A DNA stretch of 64,000 bases from Synechococcus sp. Lineage in GTDB: Bacteria; Cyanobacteriota; Cyanobacteriia; PCC-6307; Cyanobiaceae. Shown here piece after piece: positions 43,449 through 52,658 of this stretch. A program made the translations under genes and the position numbers. A model generated the notes under the pieces. The model made no database searches, was not told the DNA's origin, and was given only the letters and a program-made list of their open reading frames with translations. Location: positions 1,240,203 to 1,304,202 of the forward strand of contig JBJBEO010000001.1 in the NCBI GenBank assembly GCA_047284725.1. Reading direction: 5' to 3'. Every line of letters starts with the position of its first letter. Position 1 is the first letter of the stretch.

Positions 43449-44658
43449 ATGCTGGCTGCTGGAACATCCGGCATGCCAACGGAGATAAACTCTCGCTCAG
43501 CCCCCGATCTCGTTGAAGGGCAATCCAGCGGAACTCTCCGAGGGCGGCTGGATCCACCAGGCGCAGCAGCGTTTCCCGCCTTTGCAGAGCGTTCGCAAGA
43601 GCCGTAACGGGAAGCTGTTGCAGTTGGTGCAGACGATCCGCCAGCCCCAGACTCAAGAGGGCCTCCCCTTGCCGGCATTGGCCAAGGGTCCTCCATCCCC
43701 GTTCCTCTGCGTTGGCGATGAGAGTCTCAAGACAGAGATGGGCTGTGAGGTCTGCGGTTCCGGCATGGGCGAGAAGATCTGCACTCGCCCGTTGCTTTCG
43801 ATAGGACAGCAATGTGCCCTCACTGCGCATCGCTGTGTAGTAACGACTCGCTTCAAGGGCGTAATCGACAATCAACAAGACACCCTGATCCATGGCCATC
43901 GCAGCCGAATGCAGCCAGTTGGGAAGGTCGCTATGCCATTCACTGCACCAGCCATCTGCTGCATCCTTCGGAGGAAGCTCAATCTTGCAGCGTTGCTCAG
44001 CCCAAGAGAGCTGCGCACGCAACCCATCCGGGAGGGGCTGATCCAGCCAGACCAATGAAGCGTCTGCGGAGCCATCACAACGTTTCAGGGAAACACCCAT
44101 CTGACGTAACTCACCGTCGTGCCAGATCAGTCGCTCCACCGGTAGAGCATCGAGCAGTTCATGTGCCAGAAAAATGCCGTAGGCCGGTTGGGAGGCAAGG
44201 GACTCAAGGGTGCTCCAGCGAACCGGTGGTGACACAGAGGAACCCAAACGCTCACGTTGTCGCGCCTCCATCCCCGGGTTCAACTCCACAAGCACCACCT
44301 CAAGGCGCCTGATCCAATGGGGGGCTTCACGCTGCAACACTCGGACCAGATCGGCAATGAGATCGCCCTCTCCGGGACCGAAGTCCACCAGGCTGAGGGG
44401 ATGATCCGGGCGTTCGCTAGCCAATTGATCGAACCACTGGATCACTTGCAAGCCCAGGAGCTCAGCGAAATCAGGCCCAAGTGATGGCGACGTGGCGAAA
44501 TCTCCTGAGGGGCCGACCTGCAACTGACCCGAGCCATAGGCTCCGTGCTCTGGATCATGCAGTGCCAACTGCATGAACTGATGGAACGACATCGTTCCTC
44601 CCTGCTGTTCAAAACGCGTGACCATCCAGGCAGGTGAAGGCGCACCACGGCGATCCAT
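43441..44658 (-). CDS. SAM-dependent methyltransferase, MidA/NDUFAF7 family
   Basis: FM..ALH....[25 protein letters not shown] and DLTAH. Start uncertain. Confidence 0.85.
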   Translation of the reverse strand: MDRRGAPSPAWMVTRFEQQGGTMSFHQFMQLALHDPEHGAYGSGQLQVGPSGDFATSPSLGPDFAELLGLQVIQWFDQLASERPDHPLSLVDFGPGEGDLIADLVRVLQREAPHWIRRLEVVLVELNPGMEARQRERLGSSVSPPVRWSTLESLASQPAYGIFLAHELLDALPVERLIWHDGELRQMGVSLKRCDGSADASLVWLDQPLPDGLRAQLSWAEQRCKIELPPKDAADGWCSEWHSDLPNWLHSAAMAMDQGVLLIVDYALEASRYYTAMRSEGTLLSYRKQRASADLLAHAGTADLTAHLCLETLIANAEERGWRTLGQCRQGEALLSLGLADRLHQLQQLPVTALANALQRRETLLRLVDPAALGEFRWIALQRDRGLSESLSPLACRMFQQPAFN

Positions 44659-44689
44659 TCGAGAGAATGCCCCTGATTGCATTGAAGCC

Positions 44690-45496
44690 ATGGGAGCACA
44701 TCGAGGATTTCGCGCCCTGCTGACGATGCTCTCCTTGGTGATCCTTCTCTGGGCCTGTCCACCGGTCCAGGCCCTGGACAACCCTGAGCTGTTGCCTGAT
44801 CACCCAACCCCAGTGATCGACTTGGCCAAAGCCCTGAGTGAGCGCCAGAGGTCTGAACTTGAAACCAGTTTGACGGCCTTTGAAGAACGCACAGGCTGGA
44901 AACTGCGTGTTCTGACGCAGTACGAACGCACTCCAGGTCTGGCTGTGAAGGATTTCTGGGGACTGGATGAACGCAGCCTCCTTGTGGTTGCCGATCCAAG
45001 GGGTGGCAACCTGCTCAATTTCAACGTGGGGGATGCCTTCTTCGCGCTGATGCCCCGGACATGGTGGGTTGAGCTTCAGACCCGCTATGGCAACCAGTTT
45101 TACGTTCGCGACAACGGAGAAGATGGCGCGATTTATGCGGCGCTTGATGCAGTGGAAGTGTGCCTCGATCGTGGGGGCTGCCAGGTGGTGCCAGGGTTGC
45201 CGCTTGAGCAGTGGTTGTGGACGTTGAGCACGTCGGTGCTTGGTGGCCTGATTGCGGGCTTTGCTGCCTTCCCCAGAGAGAAGGAGGATTGGATTGCCTG
45301 GCCCTGGCTGCTGCTGCTTTCCCCTCTTTGGGTGATGTTGTTCGGAGTCTTCGGGATTGCACCGGTGGTGACTCGTACCAGTGACCTGCTTCCCGTCTTG
45401 CGAAACGGACTGGGATTCCTTGGTGGCGCAGTGGTGGCTTACCTGATCGCACAGGCGACAGTGGGTCGGAAACTGGAAGACCAGGAGGAGGGCTGA
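44690..45496 (+). CDS. TPM domain membrane protein
   Basis: Signal peptide, P..PTPVIDLA, GWKLRVLTQ...TPG and CQVVPGLP, followed by TM helices. Confidence 0.78.
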   Translation: MGAHRGFRALLTMLSLVILLWACPPVQALDNPELLPDHPTPVIDLAKALSERQRSELETSLTAFEERTGWKLRVLTQYERTPGLAVKDFWGLDERSLLVVADPRGGNLLNFNVGDAFFALMPRTWWVELQTRYGNQFYVRDNGEDGAIYAALDAVEVCLDRGGCQVVPGLPLEQWLWTLSTSVLGGLIAGFAAFPREKEDWIAWPWLLLLSPLWVMLFGVFGIAPVVTRTSDLLPVLRNGLGFLGGAVVAYLIAQATVGRKLEDQEEG

Positions 45497-45534
45497 ACGC
45501 ATTCAGCGCCTCGCTTCATCTTCTTACCGGACTG

Positions 45535-46281
45535 TCAAAAGCCGCAAAGAATGGTCGGTGGTGGGCACACTGTTTGGGAGGTCTTGCCTGAATCCTCACG
45601 TCCTTTGGTGTTGGAGAGTTGCTGACGGCGTTGATCGCGGGCTAAGCGAAGCTGAGCGAGACTCGCGTTGTAAAAACGGTGCAGATTGGTGAATCGCTTC
45701 ACCGGCTGGCCGTAATAGCTGACGCCGCGAAGAGTTGGAAACGAGGCCCACTCAGGAGCCAGCAACGCGGCAAGCTGAGGGGTGAGATGACCTGAATCAG
45801 CCAGACCCAGTGCTTTTCTCCGTTGGATCAGATAGATGGCACCTTGATCCTGAGCTTCTGGCCCAAACCCACGGACTCCGATATTGCGCTGCACCATCGT
45901 CCAGGTGAAGGGCATGAACTGGTACGCACCGGCGGCGGCACTGGCGTAGCGGGAGGAATAAATCACGCGATTGGGATGGCGATCAAGAGACGCCATCAGG
46001 CCGCCGCCGAACATCACCCTGTAGCCGAGGTCAAGGCCACCTTTCCAGGTGCCCTCGGCATATCGAATCGTATTCAACAAGGCACGGCGCTCGGGGGTGA
46101 TCACGTAGGGAAGACCCAACACCGGCCTTTCCTCAGGAAGCTGGACTGTGACCGAACGGGCGCTGCTCTTGAGAGAGGGCAGGCTGACTGATGCCGCAAC
46201 AGCGGGCAAAGGAATGATCGAGACTGTGCTTGCGACGGCCGCCAGAGCGAAGCGAGATGCGGACGATGCAAGGACAGTCAT
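45535..46281 (-). CDS. Lambda-lysozyme-like muramidase (GH104) with signal peptide
   Basis: ALLNTIRYAEGT, SAAAGAYQF...TW, F.P..QD and EWASFP...YGQ. Confidence 0.85.
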   Translation of the reverse strand: MTVLASSASRFALAAVASTVSIIPLPAVAASVSLPSLKSSARSVTVQLPEERPVLGLPYVITPERRALLNTIRYAEGTWKGGLDLGYRVMFGGGLMASLDRHPNRVIYSSRYASAAAGAYQFMPFTWTMVQRNIGVRGFGPEAQDQGAIYLIQRRKALGLADSGHLTPQLAALLAPEWASFPTLRGVSYYGQPVKRFTNLHRFYNASLAQLRLARDQRRQQLSNTKGREDSGKTSQTVCPPPTILCGF

Positions 46282-46543
46282 AAAAAGGGTTCAGGGAGCA
46301 ATGCCGCAACTGCGACGCGCAAGCAACCAAATCGCATGGAGCTCACGAACCGGCCTGAGCCGGATAAGCACAACATCAGAGTGTTGAGCTCACAGCACAC
46401 CTTCACGGAGCAATGCACCAACCCCAACCAACAGATGGACAGAGAATCAATCGTCTGCAACCAAATAAGCGACGATCAATTGCGCCGAATTCAAGTTGTC
46501 GCCTCAAGGGATTTGCGGACGGAATCAATCCAATCAGATCCAT

Positions 46544-47668
46544 TCAATTGGATAAGCAGCTCTGATCAATGCCATTCAAGGCGTCTGCCTCGTTCTCCGC
46601 AACAGCGACAATTACATCAGCAGCAGTGGCAGCACCATCCAGAGCGAGTTCCTCCTCTGAAGGAGCCACCAAGGCTTGATCGAGCTGCCAATCTCCATCA
46701 GCCAGGGACGTCCGCGTCAGGAAGCGGTGCCGGCCATGACGCCGCAGACCATGCATCAACGCTGCTGCCTCGGCGAAGCCCTCACGGTGCACCGCGTGCA
46801 CTCCCAGGTGGTTGGACAGTGCTTCCGAAAAGGTACTGAAGCCAGGTTTACCCAGCAGTCGTCTGCAGACTGGCATCACATCAACGGGCCTGACCCCGCT
46901 TGGCAGGAGCGTGACGTTCGCTTGCTGTTCGAGTAGCGGCCTGACCTCAGGTGCTTGTGGTGCTGCCAAGAGGAACTGGTGGTCGGGCCAGAGCTTGAAG
47001 AGCTCTGGATCCAGATGGAAGCCAAGGCCGCCAAATCCAACCAGCACCTTGGGTTGCTGGCTTGGATTCAGCTGCCGTTGCACCGGTTCAGGCAGAGGAC
47101 GGGGTTCCGCTGCTGTCAAGCCGATCCTGAGGGTGGGCAGCCCCCAATTCATGGCCAGATCAAAAGGCATGCGCAGGAGGAGATCGGCCTGGCAGTAGGC
47201 CTGCCTCGCCCTTTCCACATACGGAGCAAAGCGTTGGCCGAGCGGGTCATAGATATCGTCCCAACCAAAGTTGCCCATCCACACCAGGGGAGCCTGAACC
47301 CTTTCGGCAAGCTCCGCCAGAGACGGAGGGATGTCACCCACCACCACCACGGGGGTGTTCTGGGCACGGAGCCAACCCACCTCCTGCTCGAGTTGTGCTG
47401 GTAGTGCTGCATCCAGTGCTGCCAGGGCAGCAAGGGTGGCCTGGGGGTCTGCACTGAGGGCATCCGCCTGGGCCATTCCCACATCCCAGCGCAGCTGACG
47501 CCATTCCACGGGAATGCCCTTGAAAACCAGGCGCAGAAATCTGGAATCCACCGCAGTGCTCACCACCAGGCGCCAGTCGGGCCTGCGTTGATGCAGTGCC
47601 GTGAGCACTGCAGCCTGCCGCGCAGCATGGCCATAGCCATGGCTGCTGATACCGACGTAGATCAGCAT
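46544..47668 (-). CDS. GT-B fold glycosyltransferase-like protein
   Basis: N-terminal ISSHGYGHAAR, NFGWD.IY, FGG and GKPGFSTFSEA. Confidence 0.65.
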   Translation of the reverse strand: MLIYVGISSHGYGHAARQAAVLTALHQRRPDWRLVVSTAVDSRFLRLVFKGIPVEWRQLRWDVGMAQADALSADPQATLAALAALDAALPAQLEQEVGWLRAQNTPVVVVGDIPPSLAELAERVQAPLVWMGNFGWDDIYDPLGQRFAPYVERARQAYCQADLLLRMPFDLAMNWGLPTLRIGLTAAEPRPLPEPVQRQLNPSQQPKVLVGFGGLGFHLDPELFKLWPDHQFLLAAPQAPEVRPLLEQQANVTLLPSGVRPVDVMPVCRRLLGKPGFSTFSEALSNHLGVHAVHREGFAEAAALMHGLRRHGRHRFLTRTSLADGDWQLDQALVAPSEEELALDGAATAADVIVAVAENEADALNGIDQSCLSN

Positions 47669-48549
47669 CTGCGGCGATCCTCAACACGCTCTCGCTCATA
47701 CAAGGTTTCTGCGTAGGCAACCCGGCCGTCAGCGAGAAACCAACGATGACTCACATGGCTGAGCTGGTCATCCTCAAATTCAACCCAGGAGAAGTGGCAG
47801 AGCTCTCGGCCACGTTGATCCAGTCCTCTGCGAGGAACGCAGGCGGCATTGAGGAAAACGGTGCCACGTCGGTCCTGATGAAAGGTGCGGCGTTCACCTT
47901 GGCGTCCTTTCAGACGATGGTGCATGTGGCCAAACACCACCAGCTGCGGTGATCGCTGGCGGCTCAACTGGTCGAGAGCCAGCGCCAGATCCGCATCACC
48001 CCAGTCACAGGCTGGAGACTTCCAATCCCTGCCGCACGGATCTTTCGCGTCAGAGCCAAGGCCACGGGGCCCGCAGTGGGCCAGCAACACCAGGGGCCAA
48101 TCCTCCGGGACCGAGTCACAGGCTTCAACGATTCGCTGCGCCGATTCCTCCACGCTGATCGGACCCACGACGGCCTCCACGGCCCTCGAAAGATGGAAGC
48201 CCCCCCCAGCGGTGCCTGGCCGACAGCCAACCACACCCAAACGGGGCAACTGCCAGCAGCGTTGGCGCCACCCGCAGTGCAGATCACCCAGTAGATCGAG
48301 TTGACGCTGGAACACACCTCCGCTGCGATCTTGACCGCGATCGTGATTGCCAAGAATCACCGCCACCGGGTGGGGTAAACGGGTGATGGCCTTGGTGAGG
48401 CGCAGGTCACCATCACTAAGGTCACCCACGAACAGCACCGCATCGGGAGCGAGGCGTTCCAACAGGGCCGCATCGGCATCACACCAGTCACCGTGCAGAT
48501 CCCCTGCGATGGCAAGCCGAAGGCGGGAGCGCGAAGGTGTCAGGGGCAA
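47662..48549 (-). CDS. Metallophosphoesterase (TIGR04168-like)
   Basis: GDLH, FVGD, LGNHD, AH.GP.GLG and FGHMH motifs. Confidence 0.82.
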   Translation of the reverse strand: MPLTPSRSRLRLAIAGDLHGDWCDADAALLERLAPDAVLFVGDLSDGDLRLTKAITRLPHPVAVILGNHDRGQDRSGGVFQRQLDLLGDLHCGWRQRCWQLPRLGVVGCRPGTAGGGFHLSRAVEAVVGPISVEESAQRIVEACDSVPEDWPLVLLAHCGPRGLGSDAKDPCGRDWKSPACDWGDADLALALDQLSRQRSPQLVVFGHMHHRLKGRQGERRTFHQDRRGTVFLNAACVPRRGLDQRGRELCHFSWVEFEDDQLSHVSHRWFLADGRVAYAETLYERERVEDRRRC

Positions 48550-48578
48550 TGCCTAGGCTGTGGCCCATCCTGCCGCAG

Positions 48579-49559
48579 ATGGTCCAGATGACCGTTGATT
48601 CCACCCCATCGACGGTCCCGTCTGCTTCCCCGGCGCCTGCAGAACTCCCAGCAGCGATCAACGCCCTGCGCCGGGAGAAAAACGCTGTGATCCTGGCGCA
48701 TTACTACCAGGAGCCCGAAGTCCAGGACATCGCTGATTTCATCGGTGATTCGCTGGAGTTGTCGCGCAAAGCCGCCAACACCGATGCGGATGTGATCGTC
48801 TTCTGCGGCGTGCACTTCATGGCCGAGACCGCCAAGATCCTCAGCCCTCAGAAAACTGTTCTGCTGCCGGATCTCGAGGCCGGCTGCTCCTTGGCGGATG
48901 ACTGCCCGGCTGAGGCGTTTGCCGCTTTCCGAGCTGAGCATCCCGACCACTTCGTGGTGAGTTACATCAATTGCAGTGCGGCGGTGAAAGCCCAGAGCGA
49001 TCTGATCTGCACCAGCAGTAACGCCGTTGATCTGGTGCGCCAATTGCCGGCTGACCGACCGATTCTGTTTGCACCCGATCGCAATCTGGGCCGCTGGGTC
49101 CAGGATCAAAGCAGACGGGAGCTGACCCTGTGGCCAGGGCGCTGCATCGTGCATGAAACCTTCAGCGAAGAAGCGCTGCTCAAGCTCCAACTGCAACATC
49201 CAGAGGCTGAAGTCATCGCCCATCCGGAGTGCGTCCAACCGCTGCTGGATCTGGCCGACTTCATCGGCTCCACCAGCAAGTTGTTGAACTACGCCGAAAC
49301 CAGCAGCTCCAACACCTTCATTGTGCTCACGGAGCCCGGCATCATTCATCAGATGCAACGGCGCTTACCCCACAAGCAGTTTCTCGATGTGCCTGGCACC
49401 GATGGCTGCAGCTGCAACGCCTGCCCTTATATGCGCCTGAACACCCTTGAAAAGCTGTGGCGCTGCCTCGCCACTGGAGCACCAGAGATCGAAATGGATG
49501 AAACCTTGCGCCAACGCGCTCTCAAGCCGATTGAGGCCATGCTCGCGATGAGCCAGTAA
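48579..49559 (+). CDS. nadA: Quinolinate synthase
   Basis: [30 protein letters not shown] and C.CPYM. Confidence 0.96.
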   Translation: MVQMTVDSTPSTVPSASPAPAELPAAINALRREKNAVILAHYYQEPEVQDIADFIGDSLELSRKAANTDADVIVFCGVHFMAETAKILSPQKTVLLPDLEAGCSLADDCPAEAFAAFRAEHPDHFVVSYINCSAAVKAQSDLICTSSNAVDLVRQLPADRPILFAPDRNLGRWVQDQSRRELTLWPGRCIVHETFSEEALLKLQLQHPEAEVIAHPECVQPLLDLADFIGSTSKLLNYAETSSSNTFIVLTEPGIIHQMQRRLPHKQFLDVPGTDGCSCNACPYMRLNTLEKLWRCLATGAPEIEMDETLRQRALKPIEAMLAMSQ

Positions 49560-49577
49560 CCGAAACGATTGATACCC

Positions 49578-49958
49578 ATGCGCAAACGCGTCGCCACTTG
49601 CATCACAGCCTTCTGTTGTGCAGGGGTGATGGGATGCACGCCAGCCAAAACACAAGACTTGACCATGGACGACCTCTACAACGCCCTCGATACGGTCGGC
49701 TTGGAGGTGAAGGATCGAAAACCTCAAATTGCCAAATTCATCAAAGCTGAAGTCGGCGAAGCGTTTTCGATCAACGGCACCCGCTGTGAGGTGTACGTGT
49801 GGGATCTGAACAGCGAAGAGGGTGCCTGGGGCTACGACAACACCAAGCAATTCGGTTTCTACGGCGGCGAGACCGTGATGGTCAAAAACATCGGCGTGAC
49901 CTGCAAAGGAAACACTGCAGATGGCATCAAGGTGCTGAGCATCGCCAGGGAGCTGTGA
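49578..49958 (+). CDS. Hypothetical lipoprotein
   Basis: MRKRVATCITAFCCAGVMG-C lipobox-like site; fills the gap exactly; host-like codons. Confidence 0.7.
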   Translation: MRKRVATCITAFCCAGVMGCTPAKTQDLTMDDLYNALDTVGLEVKDRKPQIAKFIKAEVGEAFSINGTRCEVYVWDLNSEEGAWGYDNTKQFGFYGGETVMVKNIGVTCKGNTADGIKVLSIAREL

Positions 49959-49970
49959 GTCACCCACTGC

Positions 49971-50948
49971 ATGACTGTGCTCGTCAACACCGCTGAAGGG
50001 TTGTATTGCCCGGCTGCCAGGGCTTGGATTGATCCCCATCGACCGGTGCAGCGGGCACTGATCACCCATGCCCATGCCGACCACGCCCGGCCAGGTTGTG
50101 ATGAATACTGGGCCACTGCAGCCAGTGAAGGAATCCTGCGCCAGAGGCTGGGTCAAACGATCAACCTGTGCACCCTCAACTACGGCGAGCAACAATCCAT
50201 CGGTGATGCCCAGGTGTCCTTTCACAGTGCGGGACACGTGCTGGGCAGTGCACAGATCCGACTGGAGGTGAAGGGTGAGGTCTGGGTGGTCACCGGTGAT
50301 TACAAGCGCTGCCCCGATCCCAGTTGTGCCCCCTTTGAATCGGTGCCATGCGATGTGCTGATCACCGAGGCAACCTTTGCGCTGCCGATCTATCGCTGGC
50401 GTGATGGGGCCACGCTGGCCCGCAACATTCAAGACTGGTGGCAAGGCGATCGCAGCCGGCCTTCACTGCTGTTCTGTTACGCCTTTGGCAAAGCCCAACG
50501 GATCCTGGCCGAACTGGCAGCAATCGGCGTTGAAGAAGAAGTGCTGTTGCACGGAGCCGTGGAGACCGTCACGCGCCACTACCGGGATGCGGCGATCCCG
50601 ATGGTGCCCAGCCGGCCAGTGAGTGACATTCCCAGGAAAGAATCACTCGCAGGACGCCTGGTGCTTGCGCCACCATCCGCCCATCGCTCGAGTTGGATGC
50701 GACGCTTTCCCTCACCCCAAACAGCCTTTGCCTCCGGCTGGATGGCCGTGCGCGGTGCCCGACGCCGCAAGGGCTACGAACGGGGATTCGTGCTCAGCGA
50801 CCATGCCGACTGGCAAGGACTGATCCGCACCGTGAAGGACAGTCGTGCCAAGCAGGTGTACGTCACCCACGGCCAGAACGATGTGCTGGCGCGCTACCTC
50901 ATGGAAGTGGAAGGGATCCAGGCAGCGCCCTTGGCCGCACTCGGCTGA
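49971..50948 (+). CDS. Ligase-associated DNA damage response exonuclease (MBL/beta-CASP)
   Basis: ITHAHADHAR, AGHVLGSAQ, TGDYK, ITEATF and SDHADW. Confidence 0.9.
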   Translation: MTVLVNTAEGLYCPAARAWIDPHRPVQRALITHAHADHARPGCDEYWATAASEGILRQRLGQTINLCTLNYGEQQSIGDAQVSFHSAGHVLGSAQIRLEVKGEVWVVTGDYKRCPDPSCAPFESVPCDVLITEATFALPIYRWRDGATLARNIQDWWQGDRSRPSLLFCYAFGKAQRILAELAAIGVEEEVLLHGAVETVTRHYRDAAIPMVPSRPVSDIPRKESLAGRLVLAPPSAHRSSWMRRFPSPQTAFASGWMAVRGARRRKGYERGFVLSDHADWQGLIRTVKDSRAKQVYVTHGQNDVLARYLMEVEGIQAAPLAALG

Positions 50949-50951
50949 GTC

Positions 50952-52658
50952 GTGGAACGGTTTACCCAACTCATCGATGCCCTCGACAGCAGCAGTGGAT
51001 CCAAGCGCAAGGTTGAACTGTTGCGCTCGTATCTCGCTGAAGTTGCCCCTGACGATGGCAGCTGGTCTCTCACCTTGCTGCTCGGGGAACGGCGCAAACG
51101 GCTGATCACGGGCCGGCGGCTGCGCGAGATCCTTCAGGCCAGCACCTCGCTTCCCGACTGGCTGTTTGAGGATTGCCACAGCCATGTGGGCGATTCGGCA
51201 GAAACTGTGGCCCTGCTCTGGCCCCAGCTACGAGAACAGCTCTCAGCACCTCCGTCGCTCGACGACACAAATCTGACTCCGCTTCTGCAACACATTCCGG
51301 AAAGCCCACCATTGCATTGGTGGATGGAGTCGCTTTTGCCCACCATCGCCAGCTGTGGACAGGAGCTGCAGCAGCAGGCGATGACAGCCCTGTGGTCTGC
51401 AGTGCCGGAGGAGCGCCATTTCCTGCTCAACAAATTGCTCACCGGCGGCTTCCGCATCGGTGTGGCCCGCGGACTGGTGGTGAAGGCCGTTGCCTCCGCC
51501 TTTGCACTGGAGGAAACCACGGTGCTGGAGCGCCTGATGGGGCCCGTCGAACCCACCGCCGCATGGTTTGAACACCTGCGCGCGGCGCAGGATGTGACCC
51601 GAACGAATCGCGGAGCGGTGCCCTATCCCTTTTTTCTGGCCAGCCCACTGCAGCGCGAAACGGTCAGCGCAACCGCACCGGAAAGTTGGTGGATTGAATG
51701 GAAATGGGATGGCATTCGCGGGCAACTGATCCGACGTGAGGAAGGAGTGTTTCTCTGGAGCCGGGGCGAGGAACTGATCAACGCCAGTGTTCCGGAACTG
51801 GTGGCGATGGCCGAGAACCTGCCGTTCAACACGGTGCTGGATGGGGAAGTGATCTGTTGGCAACAACAGGAGAGCAGACCCATGCCCTTCTCCAGCCTGC
51901 AACGACGACTGGGACGCAAACGGGTGGGAACGAAGTTGCAGCGGGAGTGGCCGGTGCAATTCGTCGCCTACGACCTGCTGGAAAACGAGGGCACGGATCT
52001 CCGTGACCAACCCCTCAAGGAACGTCTGAACGCACTCCAAATCCATTGCCAATCCATCCAGGGACCAGAGGCTTGGCGACTCCGGCAAAGCCAGGGAGAA
52101 GCGCTGAAGCACTGGGACGATCTCGACAGACTGCGCCAGCTGGCCGGTGAGGGAGGGGCTGAAGGGCTGATGCTCAAACAGTTGCAGTCGCCTTACCTCG
52201 CAGGGCGCAAGCGCGGGCACTGGTGGAAACACAAGCTCGAGCCGATGACCCTCGATGCGGTGCTGATCTACGCCCAGGCAGGCACGGGCCGCCGCGCCAA
52301 TCTGTTCACCGATTACACCTTTGCTCTTTGGGACCGCAGCGCCGACAATCCCAGCGACCATCAACTGGTGACCTTCGCGAAGGCCTACTCGGGCCTTAAC
52401 GACGACGAGATCCTGACGTTGGATCGCTGGATTCGCCGCCACACGCGGGAGCGCTTTGGGCCCACCCGAGTGGTGGAACCGGAGTTGGTGTTTGAAATCG
52501 GGTTTGAGGGGATCCAACCCTCCAAACGCCACAAATGTGGTCTGGCGGTGCGGTTTCCGCGCATCCTGCGCTGGCGGAACGACCGCACCGCCGACAGTGC
52601 TGACAGCCTCAGCAGCGCCCAGGCGCTGTTGCGACAGAGGCAGGAGCCTGGCGGATGA
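50952..52658 (+). CDS. ATP-dependent DNA ligase
   Basis: EWKWDGIR (motif I), LDGE, YDLL, EGLMLK, WWK.K and RFPRI.RWR. Confidence 0.93.
   Translation: MERFTQLIDALDSSSGSKRKVELLRSYLAEVAPDDGSWSLTLLLGERRKRLITGRRLREILQASTSLPDWLFEDCHSHVGDSAETVALLWPQLREQLSAPPSLDDTNLTPLLQHIPESPPLHWWMESLLPTIASCGQELQQQAMTALWSAVPEERHFLLNKLLTGGFRIGVARGLVVKAVASAFALEETTVLERLMGPVEPTAAWFEHLRAAQDVTRTNRGAVPYPFFLASPLQRETVSATAPESWWIEWKWDGIRGQLIRREEGVFLWSRGEELINASVPELVAMAENLPFNTVLDGEVICWQQQESRPMPFSSLQRRLGRKRVGTKLQREWPVQFVAYDLLENEGTDLRDQPLKERLNALQIHCQSIQGPEAWRLRQSQGEALKHWDDLDRLRQLAGEGGAEGLMLKQLQSPYLAGRKRGHWWKHKLEPMTLDAVLIYAQAGTGRRANLFTDYTFALWDRSADNPSDHQLVTFAKAYSGLNDDEILTLDRWIRRHTRERFGPTRVVEPELVFEIGFEGIQPSKRHKCGLAVRFPRILRWRNDRTADSADSLSSAQALLRQRQEPGG

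Noticed and set aside
45535..46281. Prophage lysis cassette
   Set aside because: No holin, structural or integrase genes; neighbours are housekeeping genes and the enzyme has its own signal peptide.
46282..46543. c-di-AMP (ydaO) riboswitch upstream of a cell-wall hydrolase
   Set aside because: The conserved GCUGAAUC, GGGGAACC and AGCUAAC elements are not present.
51243..52532. Long antisense ORFs (also 33124-33984, 48540-49358, 49365-50444, 41528-42331, 44609-45502, 62020-62892)
   Set aside because: These are shadow frames opposite well-supported genes, expected with high-GC codon bias, and show no recognisable motifs.
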